From NCBI GenBank assembly GCA_963746845.1, contig CAVVCZ010000001.1, forward strand, positions 256,001 through 320,000: DNA of 64,000 nt, in the 5' to 3' direction. A program made the position numbers and the translations under genes. Position 1 is the stretch's first letter. The number at the start of each line of letters is the position of its first letter. Shown one piece after another: positions 13,118-23,013 of this stretch. The notes under the pieces were generated by a model, which saw nothing but the letters and a program-made list of their open reading frames with translations, did not search any database and was not told the DNA's origin. The DNA is from an uncultured Chloroflexia bacterium. Its GTDB lineage: Bacteria; Chloroflexota; Limnocylindria; Limnocylindrales; CSP1-4.

Positions 13118-14191
13118 TCAGGTGGTGGTGCGCGGGTCCGGCTGCTGGACCTGGTCGAGGAAGGCCCGCGCGGCCGCCTCCGACTCGTCGTCGAGCTTGT
13201 GCGGGAGGACGACCCGGGCGCGGGCGTAGAGGTCGCCGAAGCCCTCCTTGCGGAGGTGCGGCATGCCCTGACCCTTCAGACGGAAGCGATGGCCGTTCTG
13301 CGTGCCGGCGGGGATGCGCAGGAGGACCTTGCCCTTCAGCGTCGTGACTGGCACCTCGCCGCCGAGGAGCGCCTCGCCGAGGGTGATCGGCAGGTCGCGC
13401 TCGAGGTCCGAGCCCTTCCGGGTGAAGACGGGATGGGGCCGGACCTTCGTCCGGACGACGAGGTCGCCGCCGTGCGGGCCCTGCCCGGACAGCTTGATCT
13501 TCGTGCCGTCGTCGGCGCCGCGCGGGATCGTCACGTCGAGCCGGCGCCCGTCGAGCTCGACCCGACGGGTCGTGCCGTGAAAGGCCTCCTCGAGGCTGAT
13601 CTCGGCCACGGCCTCGGCCGTGGCGCCGCGCGGGGCCATGGCCGGACGGCCGCCGGACGACGTCCCGCCCGTCCGCGCCGCGCCGCCGGTCGCGCCCGGC
13701 TGGTTCATGCCCATCTCCATGAGGATGTCGTCGAACGTGGGGCCGCCGGTCGGGCGCCGGCCGCGGCCCGGCCCGGTCGCACCGGCCACCGGCTCGGCGT
13801 CCGCCCCGAAGAAGACGCGGAAGAAGTCGGAGAAGTCGCCGGTGTCGCCGCTGCTCGTGCGGAACTCGTAGCGGACGTTGCCCGCCCCCCCGGCGCGGCG
13901 GGCACCACTCGCGTAGCGGGCGAACGGGTTGCCGGCGGCATCGGGATCGACGCCCGCCCGGCTGTACGCCTCCCAGTCCTTGCCGAGCCGGTCGAACTTC
14001 TTGCGCTTGTCCGGATCGGACAGGACCGCATTGGCCTCGTTGACGGCCTTGAAGCGCGCCTCGGCGGCCTTGTCGCCGGGCTTCTTGTCCGGGTGGTACT
14101 CGCGGGCCAGCCGGCGGAAGGCCTTCTTGATGTCGGCCTGGCTCGCCGTGCGTGGAACCCCCAAGGTCTCGTAGTAGTCCTGGAAATCCAT
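13118..14191 (-). CDS. DnaJ class II (CbpA-like) co-chaperone
   Basis: J domain with HPD, G/F-rich linker and DnaJ_C domain; no zinc finger. Confidence 0.92.
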   Translation of the reverse strand: MDFQDYYETLGVPRTASQADIKKAFRRLAREYHPDKKPGDKAAEARFKAVNEANAVLSDPDKRKKFDRLGKDWEAYSRAGVDPDAAGNPFARYASGARRAGGAGNVRYEFRTSSGDTGDFSDFFRVFFGADAEPVAGATGPGRGRRPTGGPTFDDILMEMGMNQPGATGGAARTGGTSSGGRPAMAPRGATAEAVAEISLEEAFHGTTRRVELDGRRLDVTIPRGADDGTKIKLSGQGPHGGDLVVRTKVRPHPVFTRKGSDLERDLPITLGEALLGGEVPVTTLKGKVLLRIPAGTQNGHRFRLKGQGMPHLRKEGFGDLYARARVVLPHKLDDESEAAARAFLDQVQQPDPRTTT

Positions 14192-14223
14192 GGGCAGGGG
14201 TGGGTGACTCCTCGATGCGCGAA

Positions 14224-14245
14224 CGGGCCGGTGGTCACCGGCCCG
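14224..14245. terminator. GC hairpin between lon and the dnaJ-like gene
   Basis: CGGGCCGGT-GGTC-ACCGGCCCG perfect stem; no strong U tail. Confidence 0.45.
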
Positions 14246-14259
14246 CGCGCATCAGGAAC

Positions 14260-16779
14260 TCAGTGGTTGCGGTCGACGACCACGGTCGGCTGGTCCGCCG
14301 GCGGGAACGGCGTCCGTCGGACGCGATCCTGTCGCTCGGGCTGGTCGGCCGGCTCGTCGCCCGGCTTGACGACCTTCGGCGGCTCCTGGACGACGAGAGC
14401 CTTCGGCTTCCGCCGCAGTGCGGCGTCGAGCACCTGGTCCATCGTGTCGACGAGGACGAGCTTGATCGACTTCCGGATCTCCTCCGGGATGTCGCGCAGG
14501 TCCTTCTCGTTCTTGCGAGGGAGGATCACGGTCTTCGCCCCGGCGAGATGCGCCGCGAGGATCTTCGACTTCAGCCCACCGATCGGCAGGACCCGGCCGC
14601 GGAGGGTGATCTCGCCGGTCATCGCGACGTCCTTGCGGACGGGGATGCCGGTGAGGCCGCTCACGATCGCCGTGGCCATCGTGATCCCGGCGGACGGTCC
14701 GTCCTTCGGGGTCGCCCCGGCCGGGACGTGGATGTGAAGGGTGTTCTTCTCGAACGTCTCGCGCGTGATGCCGAGCTCGCTGGCATGGGCCCGCGTCCAC
14801 GACAGACCGGCCCTGGCGGACTCCCGCATCACCTCGCCGAGCTGGCCGGTGAGGATGAAGTCCTCCTTGCCCTCCATCTTCGTGACCTCGATCGCGACGA
14901 CGTCGCCGCCGACCTCGGTCACGACGAGACCCGTCGCGGAGCCCGTCTGGTCCTCGGCCTCCAGCTCGCCGTACTCGAACCGCTGCGGGCCGAGGTACTC
15001 GTTGAGCTTCTTCAGGTCGATGACCGTCTTGCGCTTGCGCCCCTCGGCCACCTGCCGGGCGACCTTGCGCATGACGTTGGCGATCTCGCGCTCCAGGTTC
15101 CGGACGCCCGCCTCGTGGGTGTACGACCGGACGAGCTCGATCATCGTCTCGTCGGGGATCTCGATGGTCTTCGCGGTCAGGCCGTGGTTCTTCATCTGCT
15201 TGGGGATGAGGAACCGCTTCCCGATCTCGATCTTCTCGGTCTCCGTGTAGCCCGGCAGCTGGACGATCTCCATCCGGTCGCGCAGCGGCGCCGGGATGGG
15301 GTCGAGCAGGTTGGCCGTGGCGATGAACAGGACCTTGCTGAGGTCGAACGGCACCTCCAGGTAGTTGTCCTGGAAGCTGAAGTTCTGCTCCGGATCGAGG
15401 ACCTCGAGCAGGGCGGACGACGGGTCACCCCGGAAGTCCATCCCGATCTTGTCGACCTCGTCGAGCATGAACACCGGATTGTTCGAGCCGGCCGTCTTGA
15501 TGTTCTGGATGATCCGGCCGGGAAGCGCGCCGATGTAGGTGCGCCGGTGGCCGCGGATCTCCGCCTCGTCGTGGATGCCGCCGAGGCTCATCCGGACGAA
15601 CTTGCGGCCCATGGCCTTCGCGATCGACTTGCCGAGCGACGTCTTGCCGACGCCGGGCGGTCCGACGAACGCGAGGATCGGGCTGCGGATCTCGTCCGCG
15701 AGGGTGCGGACCGCGAGGTACTCGAGGATCCGCTCCTTGATCTTCTCCAGGCCGTAGTGGTCCTCCTCGAGGATCCTGGCGGCCTCCCGGATGTCCAGCT
15801 GGTCGTCGGTCGCGACGTTCCACGGCAGCCCGACGAGCCAGTCGACGTAGGTCCGGATGACGCCGACCTCGGGCGAGGCGGACGGGATCCGGCTCATCCG
15901 GTCGATCTCCTTGATCGCCCGGGCCTTGATCTCCTCCGGCATGCCGGCGGCCTCGACCTTGTCGCGGAGCTCGTTGATCTCGGCCTGCTGCGGGTCGTCC
16001 TCGCCGAGCTCGCGCTGGATCGCCTTGAGCTGCTCGCGGAGGATGTACTCGCGCTGGGTCTTGTCCATCTCGGACTTGACCTCGGACTGGATCCGGCCCT
16101 TGAGCTCGAGGATCTCGATCTGGCGCGCGAGGAAGTTGCTGACGAGCTTCAGGCGCTCGGTGACCTCGACGGTCTCCAGCAGCTCCTGGCGCTGCTCGGT
16201 CGTCATGTCCGGGCTGTACGCGACCATGTCGGCGAGGAGCCCCGGCTCGGTGATGTTGCGGGCGGCCACGGCGGCCTCCGGCGGAACCGGGGCGCCGTTG
16301 GCGACGTACTGCTCGATCTGGGCCTGGACGGTCCGCATCAGGGCCTGGACCTCGAGGCTTCCGCCGCCGGTGTCGGGCAGCTCCTCGACGGTCGCCCGCA
16401 GGTACGGCTCGGTCGCCGAGAAGCCGATGAGCTTCAGGCGCGTCTGGCCCTGGACGATCGCCCGGACGGTTCCGTCCTGGAGCTGCACGACCTGGGCGAT
16501 CTTCGCCAGCGTGCCGATCGTGTAGAGCTCGGCCGGGGACTCGATGTCCTCCTGCTCGGCGTGGCGCTGGGTGACGAGCGCGATCGGCCCGCCCTCCGCG
16601 ACCGCGGCGTTGAGGGCGTTGACGGACTTCTCTCGGCCGACCTGGAGCGGAACGATCATCTCGGGGAAGATGACGGTCTCGCGGAGGGCGACGAGCGGCA
16701 GCTCGCGCGGTCCGCCGTCGGTTGCGGTGGTGCTGGTGGTCGGCTGGTCGTCCCGGTCTGGTGTCGGGCGCTTTGCCAT
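14260..16779 (-). CDS. lon: Lon protease (endopeptidase La)
   Basis: LON_N '[13 protein letters not shown]', Walker A 'GPPGVGKTS', catalytic 'PKDGPSAG', 'PIGGLKSK'. AGGAG upstream of ATG 16779. Confidence 0.97.
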   Translation of the reverse strand: MAKRPTPDRDDQPTTSTTATDGGPRELPLVALRETVIFPEMIVPLQVGREKSVNALNAAVAEGGPIALVTQRHAEQEDIESPAELYTIGTLAKIAQVVQLQDGTVRAIVQGQTRLKLIGFSATEPYLRATVEELPDTGGGSLEVQALMRTVQAQIEQYVANGAPVPPEAAVAARNITEPGLLADMVAYSPDMTTEQRQELLETVEVTERLKLVSNFLARQIEILELKGRIQSEVKSEMDKTQREYILREQLKAIQRELGEDDPQQAEINELRDKVEAAGMPEEIKARAIKEIDRMSRIPSASPEVGVIRTYVDWLVGLPWNVATDDQLDIREAARILEEDHYGLEKIKERILEYLAVRTLADEIRSPILAFVGPPGVGKTSLGKSIAKAMGRKFVRMSLGGIHDEAEIRGHRRTYIGALPGRIIQNIKTAGSNNPVFMLDEVDKIGMDFRGDPSSALLEVLDPEQNFSFQDNYLEVPFDLSKVLFIATANLLDPIPAPLRDRMEIVQLPGYTETEKIEIGKRFLIPKQMKNHGLTAKTIEIPDETMIELVRSYTHEAGVRNLEREIANVMRKVARQVAEGRKRKTVIDLKKLNEYLGPQRFEYGELEAEDQTGSATGLVVTEVGGDVVAIEVTKMEGKEDFILTGQLGEVMRESARAGLSWTRAHASELGITRETFEKNTLHIHVPAGATPKDGPSAGITMATAIVSGLTGIPVRKDVAMTGEITLRGRVLPIGGLKSKILAAHLAGAKTVILPRKNEKDLRDIPEEIRKSIKLVLVDTMDQVLDAALRRKPKALVVQEPPKVVKPGDEPADQPERQDRVRRTPFPPADQPTVVVDRNH

Positions 16780-16855
16780 CAACGTTCTCCTGTCGAGGTG
16801 GGGATCATCGGCCCTCGGGGGCCGGTCGTGAAGTAGGGGGTTCCGCTGGTCGGGG

Positions 16856-17260
16856 TCACCGATCGTCCGGGGCGGTGCGTGCCCGCGACGCCGCGCGTCC
16901 CGGGCTGCTGCTGCCGGTCGGGTCCGGGGTCTCGCCGGTCGCCTCTTCCGCGGCTCGCCGGCGAACGCCCTCGTCATAGAGGGCCTCGAGGATTCGCGTC
17001 CCCAGCCGCTCCTCCAGCTCGAACAGGAGCCGGATCCCGGCGAGGTTGACGCCGCGCTCGCGGGTCAGGTGACGGATCCAGGTGATGCGACGGATGTCCT
17101 CGTCGCTGTACAGGCGGATGTTCGTGGGGGTCCGGGCCGGACAGATCAGGCCCTCGTCCTCGTAGATCCTCAGGGTCCGCGGATGCGCGGCGACGATGCT
17201 CGCCGCCACGCTGATCACGTAGACCGGGCGCCGCGTGTCACGCTCGATCCGATCGGCCAT
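16856..17260 (-). CDS. hspR: MerR-family heat-shock repressor HspR
   Basis: 'PVYVISVAA...HPRTLRIYE..GLICPART..NIRLYS..D', 'GVNLAGI'; first gene of the lon-dnaJ-clpB operon. Confidence 0.88.
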   Translation of the reverse strand: MADRIERDTRRPVYVISVAASIVAAHPRTLRIYEDEGLICPARTPTNIRLYSDEDIRRITWIRHLTRERGVNLAGIRLLFELEERLGTRILEALYDEGVRRRAAEEATGETPDPTGSSSPGRAASRARTAPDDR

Positions 17261-17321
17261 GGGCCACTGTCCTTGATGTCGTCGATGGGTCCGGCGGGTG
17301 AGCGCCGGTGGAACATGGCGA

Positions 17322-17352
17322 ATCCTAGAACCCTGACAATGACGTTGTCAAG
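17322..17352 (-). promoter_or_regulatory. Sigma70-type promoter with overlapping HAIR-like operator
   Basis: Minus strand TTGACA-N18-TAGGAT. The inverted repeat CTTGACA-N7-TGTCAGG (17332-17352) has the 7-7-7 geometry of HAIR (CTTGAGT-N7-ACTCAAG). Confidence 0.72.
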
Positions 17353-17374
17353 GATGTTTCGGGATCTTTGTTCG

Positions 17375-18544
17375 TCAGGCGGCGCCCGTCGCGGCCTCGC
17401 GCCCGGGCTTGGCCGGCACGCCGGCGACGCGGACGACGACCGTGCTCACCGCGATGCTGATCGCGACGGCTGCGACCAGGGCCACGTACGTCTCGCCGGT
17501 GATCGCGCCCGCCGCGATGGCCGCCGACCCCAGCACGAACGAGAACTCCCCGACCTGGCCGAGCCCGACCGCGAGCTGGATCGGCCGGACGGGCAGGTGG
17601 GTGGCCCGGGCGAGAGCCCAGACGACCGCGACCTTCGCGACCACGATGAGGACGAGGAACGTCGCCAGCCAGCCGACGCCCCGGACGAGCGACGCGGGCT
17701 CGATCAGCGTCCCGATCGCGACGAAGAACAGCACGGCGAACAGGTCGCGGAACGGAAGGAGGCGGCGCCGGGCCTCGGCCGCCTCGGCGCTTTCGGTGAC
17801 GGCGAGGCCGCCCACGAACGCCGCAAGCGCGAGGGGAACCCCGAACACCGCCGACCCGATCCCGGCCAGGGCGAGCCCGCTCGCGACGGACGTGATCAGG
17901 AACAGGTCGTGTTCCGCGTGGAGCGCCCGCAGCACGATCGGGAGGAGCCGGGCGACCGCGATGGCGAGCGCGACGAACGCGACGAGCCCGAGGAAGGTCA
18001 GCTCGAGCGGCCGGCCCGCGGCGCCGAGGAGGGCGAGGAGCACCGCCGCGATCGCGACGCCGGTGCTGTCCTGGATGGCGCTCCAACCGAGGAGGGCGTC
18101 CTCCGTCGGCCGGTCCGTGGTTCGCCGGCGGCTCTTCGTGATGTTGACGATGACGACCGACGATGACAGCGCGACCGACAGGCCCAGCAGGGCGGCGGGC
18201 ACGACCGCCAGGCCGAGCACGGCGAAGACGACGCCGCCGATGAGCGTCGTGATCAAGGTCTGGGCCGGCGCCGCGACGAAGAGGCCGCGTTGCTCGGAGC
18301 GGATGCGGAGCAGGTCGACCTCGATGCCGACCTCGAACAGCAGGAGCACCACACCCAGGTCGGCGAGGAGCTGGAGCTGCTCGCGGTCCGCGACGTAGCC
18401 GGGGGTGAACGGCGAGACGACGACACCGAGCGCCAGGTAGCCGACGACCGCCGGCAGCCCGATCCTGCGGGCGATCCACCCTGCGGCTACCGCGGCGAGG
18501 AGCAGGACGCCGATCTCGAGGATCGGCCCGGCGGTGTGATCCAT
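17375..18544 (-). CDS. CPA2-family cation:proton antiporter (no fused RCK domain)
   Basis: 'GVVLLLFEVGIE', 'ALSSSVVI', 'QD', 'PFRDLFAVLFFVAIG', 'GQVGEFSFV'. Confidence 0.9.
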   Translation of the reverse strand: MDHTAGPILEIGVLLLAAVAAGWIARRIGLPAVVGYLALGVVVSPFTPGYVADREQLQLLADLGVVLLLFEVGIEVDLLRIRSEQRGLFVAAPAQTLITTLIGGVVFAVLGLAVVPAALLGLSVALSSSVVIVNITKSRRRTTDRPTEDALLGWSAIQDSTGVAIAAVLLALLGAAGRPLELTFLGLVAFVALAIAVARLLPIVLRALHAEHDLFLITSVASGLALAGIGSAVFGVPLALAAFVGGLAVTESAEAAEARRRLLPFRDLFAVLFFVAIGTLIEPASLVRGVGWLATFLVLIVVAKVAVVWALARATHLPVRPIQLAVGLGQVGEFSFVLGSAAIAAGAITGETYVALVAAVAISIAVSTVVVRVAGVPAKPGREAATGAA

Positions 18545-18589
18545 CGCCGGATGGTACCGGCCCGGCGCGGGCGGTCCGCGCCGCTCGTC

Positions 18590-19270
18590 TCAGCCGGCGG
18601 CAGCCCCGGCCGCATCGCCGATCAACTGCTCATGGAGGATGTCCTGACACTCTCCCTTGCCGATCGCGATCACCTTGTCGCCCTCGGCCAGGATCATGTC
18701 CGGACGGAGCGGGGTCGCGATGCCGTCACGGATGACCGCGAACAGCGAGCAGCCCTCCGGCACCGGAATGTCCCTGGGCGCCCGTCCGATCGCCGGGGAG
18801 CCGGCCTGGAGGTGCGCCTCGATCAGCTCGAGCTCGCCCTCGCCGAGCGCCGCCAGGTGGAGCAGCTCGTGGACGGGGATGTCCTGCTCGATCGAGCCGA
18901 GGATCATCCGTGTCGGGCTGATCAGCTCGTCGACTCCGAGGTGCTTGAACAGCTCCTCGTTCTTCGGGTTGTTGACCCGGGCGATCGTGCGCGGCACGTC
19001 GAAGTGGTGCTTGGCCATCTGGCAGATGACGAGGTTGTCCTCGTCGTCGCCGGTGACCGCGGCGACGATGTCGGCACGGTTCGCACCGGCCTCGGCGAGG
19101 TACTTGCCCTCGCAGCCGTCGTGGGAGATGACGATCGAGCCGATCTCGTCGGCGATCTGGTTGGCGCGGTCCTTGTCCTTCTCCATGAGGACGACCTCGT
19201 GGCCGCTGTCGATCAACTCCTTCGTGAGGTAGTAGCCGACTTTGCCGCCACCGATGACGAGTACGAACAC
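18590..19270 (-). CDS. trkA: TrkA-family potassium uptake regulator (RCK-N + RCK-C)
   Basis: 'VIGGGKVG', 'AVTGDDEDNL', 'RTIARVNNPKN'; TrkA_C 'AVIRDG...PDMILAEGDKVIA'. Confidence 0.9.
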   Translation of the reverse strand: MFVLVIGGGKVGYYLTKELIDSGHEVVLMEKDKDRANQIADEIGSIVISHDGCEGKYLAEAGANRADIVAAVTGDDEDNLVICQMAKHHFDVPRTIARVNNPKNEELFKHLGVDELISPTRMILGSIEQDIPVHELLHLAALGEGELELIEAHLQAGSPAIGRAPRDIPVPEGCSLFAVIRDGIATPLRPDMILAEGDKVIAIGKGECQDILHEQLIGDAAGAAAG

Positions 19271-19276
19271 GTTGGG

Positions 19277-19840
19277 TCAGCCCTCCCGGGCGGTGGCCGA
19301 CGCGATCGGCGCCGGAACGAAGCCGTTGGCCGCCGAAGCGGCGGTCGACGACGAGGTGGATGGTGCGCCGCTCTCGGCGCCGTGGTGCTCGCCACCAGGA
19401 TGCGTGCCGGTCGGGGCCGACAGACCTGGCCCGAAGGTCAGGCCGAGCCCCAGGAAATCGCTCACCGCGCTGGCCATCAGGTTCGTCCGGCAGAGGGTCG
19501 CCAGACCGAGGTCCGCGTAGGCGCGGGCGCGAAGCGGGTCGTTGATCTTCGCGATCACCTGCTTCGCGCCGAGGGCCTCGGTCGCGAGCTGGCTGGCCAT
19601 GACGTTGCGATTGTCGCCCTCGGTCATCGCCATGAACAGGTCCGCGTCCTCGGCTCCGGCGCGCCGCAGGGTGTCCTCGTCCGTGCCGTCGCCGCGGATC
19701 GCGGTGCCGCGGAACGAGCCCGGGAGACGGTCGAACGCGGACGTCGCCGTATCGATGATGATGACCTCATGACCTGCCCGGTCGAAGCTGTCGGCGAGGA
19801 CCGAGCCGACCCGGCCACACCCGACGATGACGGTTTTCAC
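19277..19840 (-). CDS. TrkA-family RCK-N-only protein
   Basis: 'VIVGCGRVG', 'GDGTDEDTLRRAG', 'TEGDNRN', 'AKINDP'; low-complexity tail replaces RCK-C. Confidence 0.85.
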   Translation of the reverse strand: MKTVIVGCGRVGSVLADSFDRAGHEVIIIDTATSAFDRLPGSFRGTAIRGDGTDEDTLRRAGAEDADLFMAMTEGDNRNVMASQLATEALGAKQVIAKINDPLRARAYADLGLATLCRTNLMASAVSDFLGLGLTFGPGLSAPTGTHPGGEHHGAESGAPSTSSSTAASAANGFVPAPIASATAREG

Positions 19841-20298
19841 GCGTTCTCCTCCTGGATCGGCTCGCGAACGACCCAGACCGTACACGGGGCGTTCTTCAGC
19901 ACGTACGGGATGGTCCTCCCGATGGCGAAGTCGCCCCCGAACTTCGTGCGATAGGCCAGACCGACCACCAGCAGGTCGGCTTCCCGTTCGACGGCCTCGT
20001 CGACGAGCGCGGCCCCGACGTCGCGGGCCTGGAGCAGCACGGACTCGAGCCTCACTCCCACCGCCTCGGCCGTTCCCTCGGCGAGGTCGAGCACCTGCTG
20101 GATCTCCTCCGATCGTCCGGCGACGTCGACGTCGAGTGGCATGGACCAGTCGATCTCGACGATGTGGACGCCGATCAGCTCGGCCTTGCTGGCCTTGCCG
20201 GCTTCGGCCACCAGCTTCACCAGCCGGGTCCCGTTCGGGTGTCCCGACAGCGCCACGACGGCGCGCCGGAACGAGGGAGCAGCGGTGGGCTCTGGCAC
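19837..20298 (-). CDS. Universal stress protein
   Basis: USP C-terminus 'ADLLVVG...GRTIPYVLKNAPCTVWVV'; TGC-TAGAGT extended -10 lies 7 nt upstream of GTG 20298. Confidence 0.85.
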   Translation of the reverse strand: MPEPTAAPSFRRAVVALSGHPNGTRLVKLVAEAGKASKAELIGVHIVEIDWSMPLDVDVAGRSEEIQQVLDLAEGTAEAVGVRLESVLLQARDVGAALVDEAVEREADLLVVGLAYRTKFGGDFAIGRTIPYVLKNAPCTVWVVREPIQEENA

Positions 20299-20330
20299 GG
20301 CGGGGACTCTAGCACTCCGTGGCCCTTTCC

Positions 20331-20455
20331 GGGGCTGTCGCGCCTGGACGACGCTGGACTGCGTTGCCGGCTGCGCTGCTCGCTCACGGGCGTCTGAGCC
20401 CGCTCGCTCCGCGGCTCCCCGGCGCCTTGCCAGCCTCGCCCTGCCGCGACGAACG
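20331..20455. repeat. Dispersed hairpin repeat, copy 1 (full)
   Basis: GGCTGTCGCGCC...TGCGTTGCCGGCTGCG...CGCTCAC[hairpin]GCTCGCT...CGCCTTG...GCGACGAACG; matches the copies at 20473 and 29149. Confidence 0.8.
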
Positions 20456-20472
20456 CCGTCTCGGACCGCTTC

Positions 20473-20544
20473 GGGGCTGTCGGGCCTGACGACGCTGGAC
20501 TGCGTTGCCGGCTGCGCTGCTCGCTCACGGGGGTTCGCGCCCGC
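20473..20544. repeat. Dispersed hairpin repeat, copy 2 (3'-truncated)
   Basis: About 58 nt near-identical to copy 1, then diverges after the central hairpin. Confidence 0.8.
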
Positions 20545-20742
20545 GGCGCCGGTTCGTGTCAGATGGCCACCCGGGGGACGTTCGTCACGCGTTTCTTGTC
20601 CGACGTCCGCCGGGAGGCCGGACGACAAGGCTCGGCGCCCGCTTCGTGCGTGGCGGGATCACGAGGGTGCTCCGGCGCGTTGACGAACGGCCGGGCGGAG
20701 GCCGGATGACAGTAACGCGGCCGGTCGGGGAGCGAGCGCCGG

Positions 20743-22833
20743 TCAGGGAGCGGGTGGCGCGGCGTCGTGCCGCCCGGGCCCGTCGTGCAGCGGCGATCCG
20801 TCTCCCGAGGCCGGCGTCCGCTCGAACAGCGTCGGGTCCTCGCGCCGGTACGGCACGTTGATCACGACAGTGTGCGGCCGGCCGAGGAGCGAGCTCCGCA
20901 GCCGCTTGACCGACTGGTTGTAGAGGATCCGCTCCCACCACCGTCGGGCGACGTATTCGGGCAGGACGACGAACGTGATCGGCGACGGCTTGTCCGGCGG
21001 CCACGCGGCGTCGAGGACGTCGAGGTACGCCTCGAGCGGCCCGGTCAGCGCCCGATACGGCGATTCCACGACGACGAGCGGCACGCCCGGCAGCTGCCGC
21101 TCCCAGCGGTCGCGCACGGCCTGGGCGTCCTCGGGGTTCTCGGTGATGAAGACACCCCGGACGTCGTCGGACACGGACCGCGCGACGTTGACGGCCTGGA
21201 TCACCGCCCGGTTGACGCCCGGGATCGGGACGACGACCCGCTCCTCGCGACTCGGGTGCGTGAAGACGAGGTCCGGCCGGACGGCGAGCTCGCGGCGCGA
21301 CGCGTCGTACTGGCGGTGGATGAACAGCATCATCCCGACGAGGACCGGGATCAGGATCACGACCAGGTAAGCGCCGTCGACGAACTTCACGCTCACGACG
21401 ACGACGAGGACGACGAACGTCAGGACCGCCCCGAACGCGTTGACCGCCGACCGCCAGATCCAGCCGGACTCCCGGACCTTGCGCCAATGGATGACCATCC
21501 CGAACTGGCTGAGCGTGAAGCACACGAACACGCCGACGGAGTAGAGGGGGATCAGGGCGGTGACGTTCCCGTTGAACAGCCAGATCAGGAACGCCGCAAC
21601 CGACGAGAGGACGACGATCCCCCACGAGTAGGCGAGCCGGTCGCCGCGATACGAGAACTGGCGGGGCATATAGCCGTCGATCGCGAGGATCGCGCCGAGA
21701 CGCGGGAACGCATTGAACGACGTGTTCGCGGCGAGGAACAGGATCAGCGCGGTCGCGGCCTGGAAGAGGACGAACAGGATCGACCCCGCCCCGAAGACGC
21801 TCGCCGCGACGAGCGACACGGTCGTCGGGATGTCGCCGACCGTCGGCAGGATCGCGTAGGCGTGGGCGACGACCGTGATCCCGATGAACAGGATCCCGAG
21901 CAGAATCGCCATCGAGGTCATCGTGTTCGCGGCGTTCTTCGATTCGGGCGGCTTGAAGGCCGGCACGCCGTTGGCGATCGCCTCGACGCCGGTCAGCGCC
22001 ACGGAGCCGCCCGCGAACGCCTTCAGCAGCAGGAACACGGACAGCTCGGCGGTCCCGAGCGGCTCCGCGTTCGGCGTCACGATCGGGTGGGCCTGGCCGG
22101 TGATGATGTTCACGAGCCCGAGGCCGACCATCAGCAGAGCGAGCCCGACGAAGGCGTAGGTCGGGACGGCGAAGATGTTTCCGGACTCGCGCAGGCCGCG
22201 GAGGTTGGCGACGGTCATCAGGACGATGACCGTGATCGCGATCTCGATCTTGACGGGATCCAGGCTCGGGACGACCGACACGATCTGGCCGATCGCCGAC
22301 GCGGTCGAGACCGCGACGGTCATCACGTAATCGATCAGGAGCGCGGCGGCCGCAATCAGCCCGAACATCGGGTTGAGGTTCTCCTTCGCGACCGCGTAGG
22401 CCCCGCCGCCGCCCGGATAGGCGCGGCACACCTGTCGGTACGAGGTCGTCACGACCGCGAGCAGGACCGCAATCGCCACGGACACGCCGACGGAGAACGC
22501 CAGGGCGGTTGCCCCGGCAACCGCGAGGACCCGGATGATCTCCTGCGTCGCGTACGCCGACGAGCTGATCGCGTCCGAGCTGAAGATCGCGAGGGCCTTC
22601 TTCTTCGACAGGCGCTCGCCGGCCTCCTCCTCGCTCGCCAGCGGCCGGCCGATCGCCACCTTCCGAACGCCCGCCCACCACCGCCCGACGGGCGTCTTCG
22701 GCTCGTGCGCGGCGGCCTTCGCGACCAGCTGGTTGCGGCCGGTGTAGCGGAAGTAGGGCGAGTGCGGGCGCTCGACGCGGACGCGTCGGTCCGCGGGTTT
22801 CCGGCCCTGCAGCGGCCGGCGGCCACCGATCAT
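20743..22833 (-). CDS. APC-family permease, KimA/YdaO-type potassium transporter
   Basis: 'ALAIFSSDAISSSAYA', 'YPGGGGAY', 'LTGVEAIANG', 'ANTSFNAFPRL'; cytoplasmic C-domain 'ESPYR', 'PEYV...WWERILYNQ'. Confidence 0.88.
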   Translation of the reverse strand: MIGGRRPLQGRKPADRRVRVERPHSPYFRYTGRNQLVAKAAAHEPKTPVGRWWAGVRKVAIGRPLASEEEAGERLSKKKALAIFSSDAISSSAYATQEIIRVLAVAGATALAFSVGVSVAIAVLLAVVTTSYRQVCRAYPGGGGAYAVAKENLNPMFGLIAAAALLIDYVMTVAVSTASAIGQIVSVVPSLDPVKIEIAITVIVLMTVANLRGLRESGNIFAVPTYAFVGLALLMVGLGLVNIITGQAHPIVTPNAEPLGTAELSVFLLLKAFAGGSVALTGVEAIANGVPAFKPPESKNAANTMTSMAILLGILFIGITVVAHAYAILPTVGDIPTTVSLVAASVFGAGSILFVLFQAATALILFLAANTSFNAFPRLGAILAIDGYMPRQFSYRGDRLAYSWGIVVLSSVAAFLIWLFNGNVTALIPLYSVGVFVCFTLSQFGMVIHWRKVRESGWIWRSAVNAFGAVLTFVVLVVVVSVKFVDGAYLVVILIPVLVGMMLFIHRQYDASRRELAVRPDLVFTHPSREERVVVPIPGVNRAVIQAVNVARSVSDDVRGVFITENPEDAQAVRDRWERQLPGVPLVVVESPYRALTGPLEAYLDVLDAAWPPDKPSPITFVVLPEYVARRWWERILYNQSVKRLRSSLLGRPHTVVINVPYRREDPTLFERTPASGDGSPLHDGPGRHDAAPPAP

Positions 22834-23013
22834 GGGACTCCGATCTTGCGGGGCGACCGTCGGTCAGTGACCGCGACGATAGGGCACATCGGCGATGACC
22901 AGATGCTCGCGCCCGAGGAGCGCGACGTCAGGCGTTGGGCGGACTGGTTATACCGCAGGCCGGTCCCACCTGTGTCGTACGACGTGATCCGTGACCCGAT
23001 CACCAGTGTCCTG

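Noticed and set aside
20331-20544. CRISPR array
   Set aside because: Only two adjacent copies of a 60-125-bp unit, no unique spacers and no cas genes
22834-23013. c-di-AMP (ydaO) riboswitch upstream of the KimA-type permease
   Set aside because: Conserved ydaO motifs not found; only a TATAAC -10 on the minus strand
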